NCBI GenBank assembly: GCA_964503465.1
Contig: CAZCYZ010000001.1
Span: 405,898-469,897, forward strand
From: an uncultured Gammaproteobacteria bacterium
GTDB lineage: Bacteria > Patescibacteriota > Microgenomatia > UBA12405
DNA: 64,000 nucleotides
Direction of reading: 5' to 3'
Part shown: piece by piece, positions 38,744-49,200 of the stretch
Numbering within the stretch: the first letter of the stretch is position 1
How the letters are laid out: each line of letters opens with the position of its first letter
Notes under the pieces: generated by a model
Database searches by the model: none
What the model saw: only the letters and a program-made list of their open reading frames with translations
Told to the model about the DNA's origin: nothing
Translations under genes and position numbers: made by a program

Positions 38744-39509
38744 TCAAAACCACATCTCTCTTCTACTTCTTACCCACAACAACGATAAAGAATTATCTAA
38801 AAACTTCAAATGGTTAAATCAATGTCCCGCCATTGACGAAATTATTGTTATCGACGACAACTCAACCGACAACACAATTAAAACAATTAAATCCTTTGCG
38901 TTTAAAAACATTAGACAAGTAAAATATTGGAGTAGGGGATTGGCCAATAACTTTGCCGCTCAACGCCAGTATGGTCTTCAGCACACCACTAATGATTGGG
39001 TTCTTTGGCTTGACCCAGACGAACAGCCAAATAAAAAAACTATTGACTTTATCAATCAGTTCGATGTACATCAATATAATTATTCCTTTAGGCGACTAGA
39101 ATACTTTCTCCACCACCCACTTCGTCACGGTGAAACAACCTCACTTCGATTTATCAGGCTGTTTAATAAAAGATTTGGAAAATTCAGTGGACGTGTTCAC
39201 GAGTTTTGGGACAGCTCAAAACCAATCACTCATACGAGCTACTCCATCGAGCATCACTCCAACACCACTCTGGTTAACTTCTACGAAAAAATCAATCTAT
39301 ACAGTTCAATCCGTGCTCAAGAATTATTTGACAACAAGGTTAAAACTAATCTTTTTCAAATCATCTTTTTTCCAGTAGGAAAATTCTTGCTCAACTACAT
39401 TCTTCGATTGGGCTTTCTTGATTCCACCCCAGGTATTATTTTCGCCCTGGGAATGAGCTTCCACTCATTTCTGGTTCGAGCCAAACTATGGCATCTTTGG
39501 CAAGAATAG
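38727..39509 (+). CDS. Glycosyltransferase family 2
   Basis: ISLLLLTHNNDKEL...IIVIDDNSTDNT, WLDPDE. Confidence 0.7.
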   Translation: MNQQNNQNHISLLLLTHNNDKELSKNFKWLNQCPAIDEIIVIDDNSTDNTIKTIKSFAFKNIRQVKYWSRGLANNFAAQRQYGLQHTTNDWVLWLDPDEQPNKKTIDFINQFDVHQYNYSFRRLEYFLHHPLRHGETTSLRFIRLFNKRFGKFSGRVHEFWDSSKPITHTSYSIEHHSNTTLVNFYEKINLYSSIRAQELFDNKVKTNLFQIIFFPVGKFLLNYILRLGFLDSTPGIIFALGMSFHSFLVRAKLWHLWQE

Positions 39510-40558
39510 TCATCATTTTACTAGTCATTGTCCACTTCTTTGGTCAATTGTTACGAGTTGACTTTGGATCAATCAATGTTCCACTTATAGACATACCTAT
39601 CATTATATTGGTAATCATAAATATTTATTTTCATCATAAAAACAAGTCACCAATTACCAACAAGCCATTTCTGTGGTTTATTATTTTTTCTTGGATTACT
39701 TATTTTATTAATCTACAATTCTATCCACTCTCACTCAAACCAATTCTCTACCTTCTCCGCTTAAACTCACTTATTTCATTATTTGTTTTTCCTCTTAGCC
39801 CTCAGCTTTCCACCCCAAAACTAAAACAGTTTGTTGTCATAGTTCTGTTTGCCAATATTATTTTTGGTTTCGTCCAATATTTAAGTTGGCCAGACCTAAC
39901 CTCTTTCTCCACCCAAAATTGGGATCCACACCTACATAGGCTGGTTAGCACTTTCTTTGATCCAACCTTTGCAGGATTAATATATCTATTCCTAATTATT
40001 TATGCCTTCCTCAATCCTTATTTTAAGGCCCTTGTACCAATTTCTTATATTGGTTTGGCACTAACTTACAGCCGCTCCAGCCTTCTGACGTTTTTTGTCA
40101 GCTTTTCTTTCCTCGCCTACAAGCTACACCGACCTAAAATTGTTCTCTCTTGCCTCATTGTTTTAGTTGCCACTATTCTTCTCCTCCCTCGACTGTCTGG
40201 AGAAGGCACCAAACTCGAACGAACATCATCAATTAAGGCTAAAATCAATAACTATCGTCAAGGGATAGTTGTCTTTTTAAAATCCCCCCTCATTGGACAC
40301 GGTTACAATAACCTCTTCTTTGCCAAAAACATCACCAATCCCTATTCCCATGCCAACTCGGGTTTTGACGGTAGTCTCATGACCATTCTTGCTACCACCG
40401 GCCTAATCGGTATCAGCTTATTTATCCTCGGGTTAATCTCTTTCTATCGTCACGCTGACCTACTTCATCAAACCCTAACCATCACAATACTGTTGCATTC
40501 GCTCTTCGCCAACTCACTTCTCTTTCCCTGGGCTACCATCATCCTCTTTCTAATCTAA
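39488..40558 (+). CDS. O-antigen ligase (WaaL/Wzy_C family) membrane protein
   Basis: LTYSRSSLLTF and IGHGYNN motifs in a polytopic protein. Confidence 0.6.
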   Translation: MASLARIVIILLVIVHFFGQLLRVDFGSINVPLIDIPIIILVIINIYFHHKNKSPITNKPFLWFIIFSWITYFINLQFYPLSLKPILYLLRLNSLISLFVFPLSPQLSTPKLKQFVVIVLFANIIFGFVQYLSWPDLTSFSTQNWDPHLHRLVSTFFDPTFAGLIYLFLIIYAFLNPYFKALVPISYIGLALTYSRSSLLTFFVSFSFLAYKLHRPKIVLSCLIVLVATILLLPRLSGEGTKLERTSSIKAKINNYRQGIVVFLKSPLIGHGYNNLFFAKNITNPYSHANSGFDGSLMTILATTGLIGISLFILGLISFYRHADLLHQTLTITILLHSLFANSLLFPWATIILFLI

Positions 40559-41274
40559 ATATCATATTTAATCTCTACTTTTTTCCTCATCTCATTACCA
40601 GCCAAGTCACGGGCCACCACTTCCACCTCATTCTTCCCTGGCACCAACTGAATCTTAAGTTTAAATTTACCATCATCACCAACCACGGCAATGTTGCCAT
40701 TAATCAATATACTCACTCCTTTCTCGGTCTTTCCTACCACATCAAAATCTGCATAATCAACTGTCAAGGTCGCCTCGCTCGGGTTTATCATTTCTACCTC
40801 CGGAGACTGGTTGTCAAAGACAACCTCCAACAATTGCGACATCTCACTGCTACCCCCCTGATCTGTTCTAGCTCTCGCCAAAAAACCGTTTACTCCTGGC
40901 TCTAATTCCACCCCTACAAAACTAAAATCACCACTATCCGATACTTGGGTAGTCCCTATCGCCACGTCATTTTTCAACAACTCTACCGTTGAGCCCACCT
41001 CCGCCAACCCCATTATTGCTATCTGTGCACTGTTGGTAGCCTCATAGGGAATCGTTAATCGAGGAGGCAGTGGTGGCAAAACCTTTTCCTTCAGCTCACC
41101 ATTAGTTCTACTCTTAATCTCCCCCAGAAACACCGACAACTTAATCAACAGTGGCAATCCAAACATTAACACCATTACCACTACCCCAACACTCAACAGA
41201 CCCAACATTACCGTACTTTTAGTTGCTTGTTCTTCGGCCTGTTTTTCTAGTCTCGATCGCTTAAATTCCGCCAT
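40555..41274 (-). CDS. Membrane-anchored protein with beta-rich (Ig-like) extracellular region
   Basis: N-terminal TM helix, then a V/G/E-rich beta-strand-like periodicity. No specific motif. Confidence 0.4.
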   Translation of the reverse strand: MAEFKRSRLEKQAEEQATKSTVMLGLLSVGVVVMVLMFGLPLLIKLSVFLGEIKSRTNGELKEKVLPPLPPRLTIPYEATNSAQIAIMGLAEVGSTVELLKNDVAIGTTQVSDSGDFSFVGVELEPGVNGFLARARTDQGGSSEMSQLLEVVFDNQSPEVEMINPSEATLTVDYADFDVVGKTEKGVSILINGNIAVVGDDGKFKLKIQLVPGKNEVEVVARDLAGNEMRKKVEIKYDI

Positions 41275-41295
41275 AAATCACAATTATTATAACAG

Positions 41296-41366
41296 AGCCG
41301 ATAGGTAGAATTGGACTACCATCTACGGTTTACGAAACCGCTGCTCTACCGTTGAGCTATATCGGC
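41296..41366 (-). tRNA. tRNA-Thr (anticodon CGT)
   Basis: Reverse-complement folds into a cloverleaf. Acceptor GCCGATA/TATCGGC, anticodon loop TTCGTAA, T-arm GGTAG-TCCAATT-CTACC. Confidence 0.65.
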
Positions 41367-41387
41367 ATACCGTCTTATAACTTCAAG

Positions 41388-41458
41388 AGCGGCTAGAGGG
41401 AATTGAACCCTCGACTCATCCTTGGGAAGGATACATTTTACCACTAAACTATAGCCGC
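41388..41458 (-). tRNA. tRNA-Gly (anticodon CCC)
   Basis: Reverse-complement. Acceptor GCGGCTA/TAGCCGC, anticodon loop TTCCCAA, T-arm GAGGG-TTCAATT-CCCTC. Confidence 0.7.
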
Positions 41459-41465
41459 TTAAAAT

Positions 41466-41957
41466 CTATTTTAGCATTGGTACCAACAGTCTCGTTCCAC
41501 CATATATCAAATTTGGATCTGGTATTAATACTCTATTAGCCCGCCACAATTCTCCCCACCTAAAACCATCACCATAGACCTTAACCGATATCTTCCACAG
41601 ACTATCCCCACCTACAACCACATAACTGTCTGCTCTCACCACCGTCAGGTCGGGTAATTTCAATTTTTGGCCAATCAACAATCTGTCAGGATCCTCTATA
41701 TTATTTTCTTTCCATATTTCCACCCAACTATAACCCACGCCATAAGTTCTAAAAGCTATCTTCCACAAACTATCCCCCTTCTTGACAATATAATCCCCCT
41801 TACTAGCAACCTCTTCATTTGTCTGACTTATTCCTGGTACGCCAACACTCCCTCTTCTTTTCTGAAAATAATTAAAAACCAATCCAACCACCCCCACCAC
41901 CACCAACAAGCCCAAAAACATACTCACCATATCCTCAGATAACTTAGTTATTTTCAT
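41466..41957 (-). CDS. Membrane-anchored protein with two LysM domains
   Basis: YIVKKGDSLWKIA... and YVVVGGDSLWKIS... LysM repeats after an N-terminal TM helix. Confidence 0.7.
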   Translation of the reverse strand: MKITKLSEDMVSMFLGLLVVVGVVGLVFNYFQKRRGSVGVPGISQTNEEVASKGDYIVKKGDSLWKIAFRTYGVGYSWVEIWKENNIEDPDRLLIGQKLKLPDLTVVRADSYVVVGGDSLWKISVKVYGDGFRWGELWRANRVLIPDPNLIYGGTRLLVPMLK

Positions 41958-42021
41958 CGTCTTGACTAATAAAACTTATAATACCAGCAATGGGGGCAAT
42001 ATCACCCAATTATAGCATCAC

Positions 42022-42303
42022 TTATAAGTTTACTCTTTTACTACCAACGCTAACTCTAACAATCCCCAAATCATCAAGCACCTTCCACAAGTTTTGCTTA
42101 ACCAAATTATAAATTCTTTGCTTACCCTTCACCTTCACCTCGACCAATCCTGCTTTTCTCAAAACCGCCAAATGACTCGACAGAGTCGCTTGGGTAATGG
42201 CAAAATTTGTTCCCAAAGTTGTGACATCGTAATTTCCTGTCCCTAATAGCTTTAAAATCTTTCTTCTGTTATTATCAGCCAATGCTTTATATATTTTATC
42301 CAT
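42022..42303 (-). CDS. ArsR/SmtB-family transcriptional regulator
   Basis: 93 aa, ALADNNRRKILKLL...TQATLSSHLAVLRKAGLV winged-HTH pattern. Confidence 0.7.
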   Translation of the reverse strand: MDKIYKALADNNRRKILKLLGTGNYDVTTLGTNFAITQATLSSHLAVLRKAGLVEVKVKGKQRIYNLVKQNLWKVLDDLGIVRVSVGSKRVNL

Positions 42304-42341
42304 AGTTAATATATTCTACCAATATATTGAAAACTATCAAT
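42304..42341. promoter_or_regulatory. Divergent arsR/ndk intergenic region with two palindromic AATATATT boxes
   Basis: TAATATATTctaccAATATATTg. Each AATATATT is its own reverse complement. Candidate operator for the adjacent ArsR-type repressor. Confidence 0.3.
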
Positions 42342-42953
42342 ATGAAGAATTTTGATAACAAACAAGAACAAACACTAGTAATTGTTAAACCAGATGGGGT
42401 ACAACGTGGACTAATTGGTAAGGTTATCGAACGTTATGAACAGTGCGGTCTCAAACTCGTTGCCCTCAAAATGCTCATCCCCACCCCAAAACTTGCCCTT
42501 ATCCATTACTCAACTGATCCCGAATGGGCTTTCAAAACCGGAACAAAGGCACTCGAAGCTGCCAGGGCTCGTAATGAAGACTTGGGCACCAGCGACCCGA
42601 TTGTATATGCAGAAAAAATCCGTACTACACTAAAAAATTTCCTTAGTTCTGGACCAGTTGTCGCCATGGTATGGCAAGGTATGAATGCTGTTGGTGTTGT
42701 TCGTAAAATTACCGGTGGCACCGAACCGCTAACCTCAGTTCCAGGAACTATTCGAGGTGACTTTACCATTGATTCCTACTCCGCCGCCAACGCCGACAAT
42801 CGGTCAGTCCGGAATATCATTCACTCATCAGGTTCGGTTGAAGAAGCCAACAAAGAAATAGCCGTCTGGTTCAAACCAGAAGAAATTCTTAACTACAGGC
42901 TTGTTTCCGAAGCCATTATCTACGATGTCAACCTCGACGGGATCCTAGAATAA
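42342..42953 (+). CDS. ndk: Nucleoside diphosphate kinase (long form with insertion and C-terminal extension)
   Basis: EQTLVIVKPDGVQRGLIG, NIIHSSGSVEEANKEIAVWF (active His). ATG 42342 is preferred over the upstream TTG. Confidence 0.8.
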   Translation: MKNFDNKQEQTLVIVKPDGVQRGLIGKVIERYEQCGLKLVALKMLIPTPKLALIHYSTDPEWAFKTGTKALEAARARNEDLGTSDPIVYAEKIRTTLKNFLSSGPVVAMVWQGMNAVGVVRKITGGTEPLTSVPGTIRGDFTIDSYSAANADNRSVRNIIHSSGSVEEANKEIAVWFKPEEILNYRLVSEAIIYDVNLDGILE

Positions 42954-42971
42954 ACTCAAACACAAACGATT

Positions 42972-43577
42972 TCAGTTCAACAACACCGACAAGTCAAAAG
43001 TAGCTCTTCTACAAATACTTTCCAGTTCAAGATTGGTAAAAATCTTCTTTTTGAGTAGGAAATGAGTTAATTCCTCTCGCACACTCGGTGCCATCGAACT
43101 CTTATACAACTCAACCACACCGCCCTTCCTTGATTTTGTTGAAGAATCATAATCAATCAGATGAGGTAAAAAAACACCAGTTACCTCACTACCAAAATCT
43201 TCAGACAATGCGGCATCTCTTTGCAGATGAATAATTTCGTCTTGGGAAATATTAACAGCAAAGGCATGCGTAGTAATAGAACCTATATCATGAGCCACTA
43301 TTGGCTCTAATCTTAAGGTTAGATTGTGTCCTATTTCTTCCCATACCTCCCTCCTAATCGCCTCTTCAAATGATTCACCCTTGTCGACCTTTCCACCAAT
43401 AAAGCCAATCATCCCATCCCAACGATTAATCATAATGCATGTTGGAATAGTCAACTCCCTTCTTTCTTCATCCGCTTCTCTGTAATTTTTCCAAGGCTTC
43501 CAATCAAGACAATAAAAGATGACAAAAGCCGCCTTCTTTTTTCCAGGGACACCTCTCTTTATGTCAACAGTTCTCAT
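42972..43577 (-). CDS. Nudix hydrolase
   Basis: Nudix box GGKVDKGESFEEAIRREVWEEIG. Start trimmed to an internal ATG so that it does not overlap tRNA-Asp. Confidence 0.7.
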   Translation of the reverse strand: MRTVDIKRGVPGKKKAAFVIFYCLDWKPWKNYREADEERRELTIPTCIMINRWDGMIGFIGGKVDKGESFEEAIRREVWEEIGHNLTLRLEPIVAHDIGSITTHAFAVNISQDEIIHLQRDAALSEDFGSEVTGVFLPHLIDYDSSTKSRKGGVVELYKSSMAPSVREELTHFLLKKKIFTNLELESICRRATFDLSVLLN

Positions 43578-43606
43578 TCTATTCCTTATATACCAGATAT
43601 CAAAGC

Positions 43607-43680
43607 GGGTCCAAAGGGATTCGAACCCTCGATCTTCCGCGTGACAGGCGGATGTGCTAGACCGCTGCACCATGGACCCA
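43607..43680 (-). tRNA. tRNA-Asp (anticodon GTC)
   Basis: Reverse-complement. Acceptor GGGTCCA/TGGACCC, anticodon loop CTGTCAC, T-arm GAGGG-TTCGAAT-CCCTT, discriminator G. Confidence 0.8.
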
Positions 43681-43727
43681 CAACGATCAGAAGATAATAT
43701 ACCAAATAATCGTACTATAATCTATTT

Positions 43728-44738
43728 GTGGCCTATACCAACGCCGAAGTATCGGAGCACCTCCAAAACATCGCTACTGCCTACGAAATCAAACGAAAAA
43801 ACAAATTTCGCATCACCGCTTACCAAAACGCCGCTGACACCACCATCTCTTACCCCGAAAACATTTATCAACTTTGGCTAAAGGACAAAAAAGTTCTTGA
43901 TAATATTCCCAACATTGGTCCCGGCATCATCAAAAAGCTCGACTATCTCTTTGAGCATCATCAAATTTATCCCAAACTCGTTCCCATCTTTAAAACTATT
44001 CATCCAGCCGTATTCACCTTCACCAAGATTAACGGCGTTGGTCCCCTTATTGCCCACAAACTCACTCAACAACTCAAGTTCTCCCTCAAACCAACCAAAG
44101 CCCTTGACCAATTAGCCGAATACGCCCAAAAACACAAAATCCAAGTTATCCCCGGTTTTGGCGAAAAATCTGAAACATCAATCCTTGAGAATACCCTTGC
44201 CTTCTTAGGTCGTAAAAGTCGTATGTCCTTAACCACCGCCACTAAATTAGCCAACGAAATAATCACCTATCTCAAAACCAACTTTCCCGACACCGAATTT
44301 GTTCCTCTGGGCAGTTTGCGCCGCCAGAACTCCACCATTGGAGACATCGACATCGCCGCCGCCTCAAAAAATCCACGACAAATATTGGCTCACTTCATCG
44401 CCTATCCCAAATCAGTCCAAACTATTTCTCAAGGTCAACAAGAAGCCTCCATTCGTCTAATTCACGACGTTCACATCGACCTTATGGTCAAACCCCCCAT
44501 CGGCTTTGGTGCCCTGCTTCAACACTTCACCGGCTCTCGCCAACACAACATAATTCTTCGGAAATATGCCCTAAAACTTGGTTACAGCCTATCAGAATTT
44601 GGCATTAAAGATATCAAAACCGGCAAAATCTATCAGTTTGGCGCTGAAGAAAAATTCTATGATTTCCTTGGTCTTAACTGGATCCCACCAATCGAAAGGG
44701 TAGGGGAGAACGAACTTCTTAAATATCAGAAAAAGTAG
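43728..44738 (+). CDS. DNA polymerase beta-like (family X) nucleotidyltransferase, core only, no PHP domain
   Basis: HhH GVGPLIAHKL and GSLRRQNSTIGDIDIAAAS nucleotidyltransferase motif. GTG start with TATAAT 7 nt upstream. Confidence 0.6.
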   Translation: MAYTNAEVSEHLQNIATAYEIKRKNKFRITAYQNAADTTISYPENIYQLWLKDKKVLDNIPNIGPGIIKKLDYLFEHHQIYPKLVPIFKTIHPAVFTFTKINGVGPLIAHKLTQQLKFSLKPTKALDQLAEYAQKHKIQVIPGFGEKSETSILENTLAFLGRKSRMSLTTATKLANEIITYLKTNFPDTEFVPLGSLRRQNSTIGDIDIAAASKNPRQILAHFIAYPKSVQTISQGQQEASIRLIHDVHIDLMVKPPIGFGALLQHFTGSRQHNIILRKYALKLGYSLSEFGIKDIKTGKIYQFGAEEKFYDFLGLNWIPPIERVGENELLKYQKK

Positions 44739-44749
44739 TACAATCATTT

Positions 44750-45328
44750 ATGATCATCATTCCAATCATTCTGCTTCTTGTTGCTGCTTACATTGTTTTC
44801 TTTTTTAACGGCCTTAAAACTACTCAAGTTCAAATTACTGCCGCCATTCAAGAAATCGGCAATCAGCTCAAACGCCAGTCCCAGCTCATTCCCAATCTCA
44901 TAGAATCAACCAAGGGTTACCTTAAACACGAAAAGGGTATTTTTGACAGTCTTACCCAAGCCAGAAAACTCATCGACAATGCCACCAGCGATAATCCCCA
45001 AAGTATCGATAAGGCTCAAAATTCCATTAGCCAAGTTCTCAAATCACTCCAAGTCATCGTTGAATCCAACCCCGAAATCAAAGCCTCAACCATTGTCTCT
45101 GACCTGATGAACGAACTTCGGGACACTGCTGACAAAATTATGTACTCCCGACGAACACTCATCGATTTAACAGCTGACTTTAACATCAAAATATCAACCA
45201 TTCCAGGCATTTGGATTGCTCCAATTTTAGGATTTCACCCTCAAAAAGGTCTTGAGACTCCAACTTCCGGAGAATTTCTCACTGTCTCTGACACTGATGC
45301 CACTACTCCCAAAGTCAAACTCGATTAA
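44750..45328 (+). CDS. LemA family protein
   Basis: N-terminal TM helix and LemA-like helical region. Sits upstream of an HtpX-like protease, a common pairing. Confidence 0.7.
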   Translation: MIIIPIILLLVAAYIVFFFNGLKTTQVQITAAIQEIGNQLKRQSQLIPNLIESTKGYLKHEKGIFDSLTQARKLIDNATSDNPQSIDKAQNSISQVLKSLQVIVESNPEIKASTIVSDLMNELRDTADKIMYSRRTLIDLTADFNIKISTIPGIWIAPILGFHPQKGLETPTSGEFLTVSDTDATTPKVKLD

Positions 45329-45342
45329 CATAAAAATCGAAA

Positions 45343-46221
45343 ATGACCAACGTCCACGAACAGATTGCCAGTAATAAACAGCGCTCTATCATAATTATCA
45401 GTCTATTTATCATCTTCATCAGCGCCACTGGCTACCTTATTGGGTACATTTTCGACCTCACCAGTCTTCTCCCTATAGCCATTATCTTTTCCTTAATTTC
45501 GTCAGCCACTTCATATTTTTGGGGGGATCATCTTATCCTTGCTCTCAACCAAGCTGTACCTGCCAAACGTCAAGAACATTTCAATTTCTATACGGTCACC
45601 GAGAATCTTAGCCTAGCCGCCCAAATTCCCCCTCCAAAAATTTATGTCATCGAATCCAAAGCCCCCAATGCCTTCGCTACTGGTCGCGACCCACAACATG
45701 CAATTATCTGCGCTACCACCGGTCTACTAGAAAAGCTTGATCGCACTGAACTTGAGGGTGTTATCGCTCACGAATTATCACATATTAAGAATTTTGACAC
45801 TCGATTAATGACTCTAGTTAGCATTCTTGTTGGCAGTCTCTCGATTCTTATCAACCTCACCTCACGATCCATTTATTTTGGTGATCGCGACGATGATAAT
45901 CGTCAGTCTGGCCCACTAGTCTTTATCGGATTTTTCTTAATCATTTTTGCCCCAATTATAAGCCAACTAATTCAATTAGCTATATCAAGACGAAGGGAAT
46001 ACTTCGCCGACGCTTCCGCAGTTCACCTTACCCGTCAGCCACAAGGACTAATTAATGCCCTAAAAAAAATTTCCAATGACCAACACCAGTTTAGCCAGGC
46101 ATCCACCGCCACTGCTTCCCTTTACATCCACAATCCTTTCCTAAACAACAAAATCGCTAATTTATTTTCCACTCATCCCACAATCAAATCTCGAATCCAA
46201 GCTCTTGAAACCATGCTCTGA
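45343..46221 (+). CDS. htpX: Zinc metalloprotease, HtpX/M48 family
   Basis: HELSHIKNFD (HExxH) and ATGRDPQHA. Multi-TM. Confidence 0.75.
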   Translation: MTNVHEQIASNKQRSIIIISLFIIFISATGYLIGYIFDLTSLLPIAIIFSLISSATSYFWGDHLILALNQAVPAKRQEHFNFYTVTENLSLAAQIPPPKIYVIESKAPNAFATGRDPQHAIICATTGLLEKLDRTELEGVIAHELSHIKNFDTRLMTLVSILVGSLSILINLTSRSIYFGDRDDDNRQSGPLVFIGFFLIIFAPIISQLIQLAISRRREYFADASAVHLTRQPQGLINALKKISNDQHQFSQASTATASLYIHNPFLNNKIANLFSTHPTIKSRIQALETML

Positions 46222-46257
46222 TCTACTTCATTTCAATTGCTAATTCGTAATTCGTAA

Positions 46258-49200
46258 TTGATAATTGACTCAATGGACTTTGTTCATCTCCATCTCCACA
46301 CCGAGTATTCACTTCTCGACGGCTTAACCAAGATCAAACCCCTGATCGCCACCGTCAAAGACATGGGGATGAAAGCTGTCGCTATTACCGACCACGGCAA
46401 CATGTATGGAGCCATCGAATTTTACAAAGCTTGCCTCAAAAACGACATCAAACCCATCGTCGGTTGCGAAGTCTACTACTCACCGCTCGGTCACACTGAC
46501 AAATCCGCCGCTAGCCGTAGAGCCAACCACCTGGTCTTGCTAGCCAAAGATTATCAAGGCTACCAAAACTTAATGAGAATAGTTAGTCTCGCCAACCTAG
46601 AAGGTTTTTATTATAAACCACGCATAGACTGGGACATAATTAAACAATATCACTCTGGCCTTATTTGCCTTAGCGGTTGTGTTGAAGGGGAAATCGCTCA
46701 ACTGATCCTCGATGACCACTACCAAAAGGCTAAAACTAGAGCCGTTGAGTTCCAACAACTCTTTGATGAGGATTATTACCTCGAAATCCAACGCCATCCA
46801 GGATTAAAATCCAACGACCAAGCTAATATCGGCATCATTAAATTAAGCCAAGAATTAGGAATACCACTAGTTGCCACTAACGATTCACACTATCTAAGAA
46901 AAGAAGATGCTTTTGCCCAAGACATCATCCTAATGATCAATACCCAAACCACCGTTAACGACAAGAAACGTCTTTCCATGCTTGATATTCCTGACTTTTA
47001 TGTCAAATCCCCCCAGGAAATGGCCGACCTCTACCCTGATCTTCCCCAGGCCATCAACAATACTCAAAAAATTGCCGAAAAATGCAATCTCGAAATCGAA
47101 ATTGGCAAATGGTGTTTCCCTCAATTCAAACTCCCCCCCAAAGAAACCGCCGACTCTTATCTTACTCAACTTACTAACGATCGAGCTAAGCAACATTATG
47201 GTTCTATTTCTTCCGAGGTCCGAGAACGTCTTGACCACGAACTTGACGTTATTATTTCCAAAGGTTATGCCACTTACTTTCTAATCATGGAAGACTGGAT
47301 TAGCTGGGCCAAAAACAACGATCTTGTCACCAACACTCGAGGTTCAGCTGCTGGGTCACTGGTTTCCTTCGTTTTGGGTATCACCTCAGTTGATCCACTT
47401 ATTTATCAATTACCGTTTGAACGTTTTCTTAATAAAGATCGACCATCCCCTCCAGACATCGACCTTGATGTGTCTGACGACAAACGTCTCGAACTTCTAC
47501 ACCATATAGTCAAGCAATATGGTGAAAAACAAGTCGCTCAAATTTGCACCTTCGGGAGAATGATGGCCCGAGCCTCGGTTCGAGATACCGCCAGAGTTCT
47601 TAGCTACGAATACGCCATCGGTGACAAAATTAGCAAGCTAATCCCCTTAGGATCACAAGGCTTCCCCATGTCAATCAACAAAGCCCTTAACACTTCACCC
47701 GAACTAAAAAATCTCTACGACCGCGACCCAGATGCCAAAAAAATCCTTGAACATGCCAAAGGTATCGAAGGTAATGCTCGACATATAAGCGTCCACGCTT
47801 GCGCCATCGTCATTTCCCCTACCAACCTCAATGATTACACCCCAATTCAGTTTGAACCAGGGGGTGACAAGATTATCACTCAGTACGAAATGCACGCCAT
47901 CGAAGATGTTGGTCTGATTAAATTCGATATCCTTGGTATCGACAACCTTTCTTTCCTTGGTCAAGCAGTTCTCAATGTTAAAAAAAATAAAACAATTGAT
48001 ATTGATCTCCGTAAAATTCCCCTAGACGATCCACGAACTTTCGCCATGTTGTCTAAAGGTGACACCATGGGTGTTTTTCAACTATCAGGGGAAGGAATGA
48101 CCAAATGGCTAAAAGAGCTCAAGCCCAACCGCATTGAAGATCTCATGGCCATGGTGGCTCTCTACCGTCCCGGACCTATGAGTATCATTCCAGAATATAT
48201 TGCTCGTAAAAATAATCCCAGCCAAATTAGTTACTTTGATCCGAAAATGGAAAAGTGGCTCAAAAAATCTTATGGACTTTTGGTCTACCAGGACGACTGT
48301 CTTTATACTGCTATCGAAATTGCCGGTTACAACTGGGTTGAGGTGGACAAATTCCGCAAAGCTATCGGCAAGAAAATTCCCGAAGAAATGGCGGCCCAAA
48401 AAGAGAAGTTTATCCAAGGGTGTGTCAACAACGGATATTCACAGCACAAAGCCGAAGAAATCTTCAAGCTTATTGAGCCCTTTACTTCCTATGGTTTTAA
48501 TAAAGCCCACGCCGCTTCCTACGGTATGCTGGCCTACCAAACAGCCTATATGAAAGCCAATTTTCCTGTCGAATATATGTGTGCCCTGCTAACCGGTAAG
48601 GCCGACGATTTAGAAACCATCGCTGCTGGAGTGGCCGAATGTCGCCGAATGAAAATCATTGTCAGCCCGCCTGACATTAACAAGTCCTATAAAGGTTTTG
48701 TTACCGAAGCCAATCCTGACTCTCTCCAAAACTTGGCTATTCGATTCGGATTTGATGCCATTAAGAATGTTGGTGATGTCGCTATTGAGCTAATATTGGC
48801 CGAACGATTGGCCAACGGGCCATTCAAAAATTTCACCGACCTCTGTCTTCGAGTCGACGGTCAAAAGGTCAACAAAAAAGTTCTAGAGAGTCTAATCAAG
48901 GTTGGAGCCCTTGATTCTTTCGGCCCACGGGCCGCTCTTTTGGCTGCTATCGACAAAATTCGCGCCGATTGTGATCGACAAAATCAAAGATACCTCCACG
49001 GGCAATTTGGTCTATTTGAAGATGCCACCAACCCTTCACCACCCCCACCCCTAGACAACCTACCGGATGTTCCAGAAATACCTGAAAAAGATAAACTTAC
49101 CATGGAAAAAGAGTTACTTGGAATTTATGTCAGCGACAATCCAATCAACAAAATGTTGGAATCATTTAAAAACCTGACCCTTCCTAAAATATCCCAAGTT

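Noticed and set aside
42327-42341. TTG start for ndk at 42327
   Set aside because: The in-frame ATG at 42342 gives a conventional Ndk N-terminus, and the TTG lies inside the palindromic operator-like sequence.
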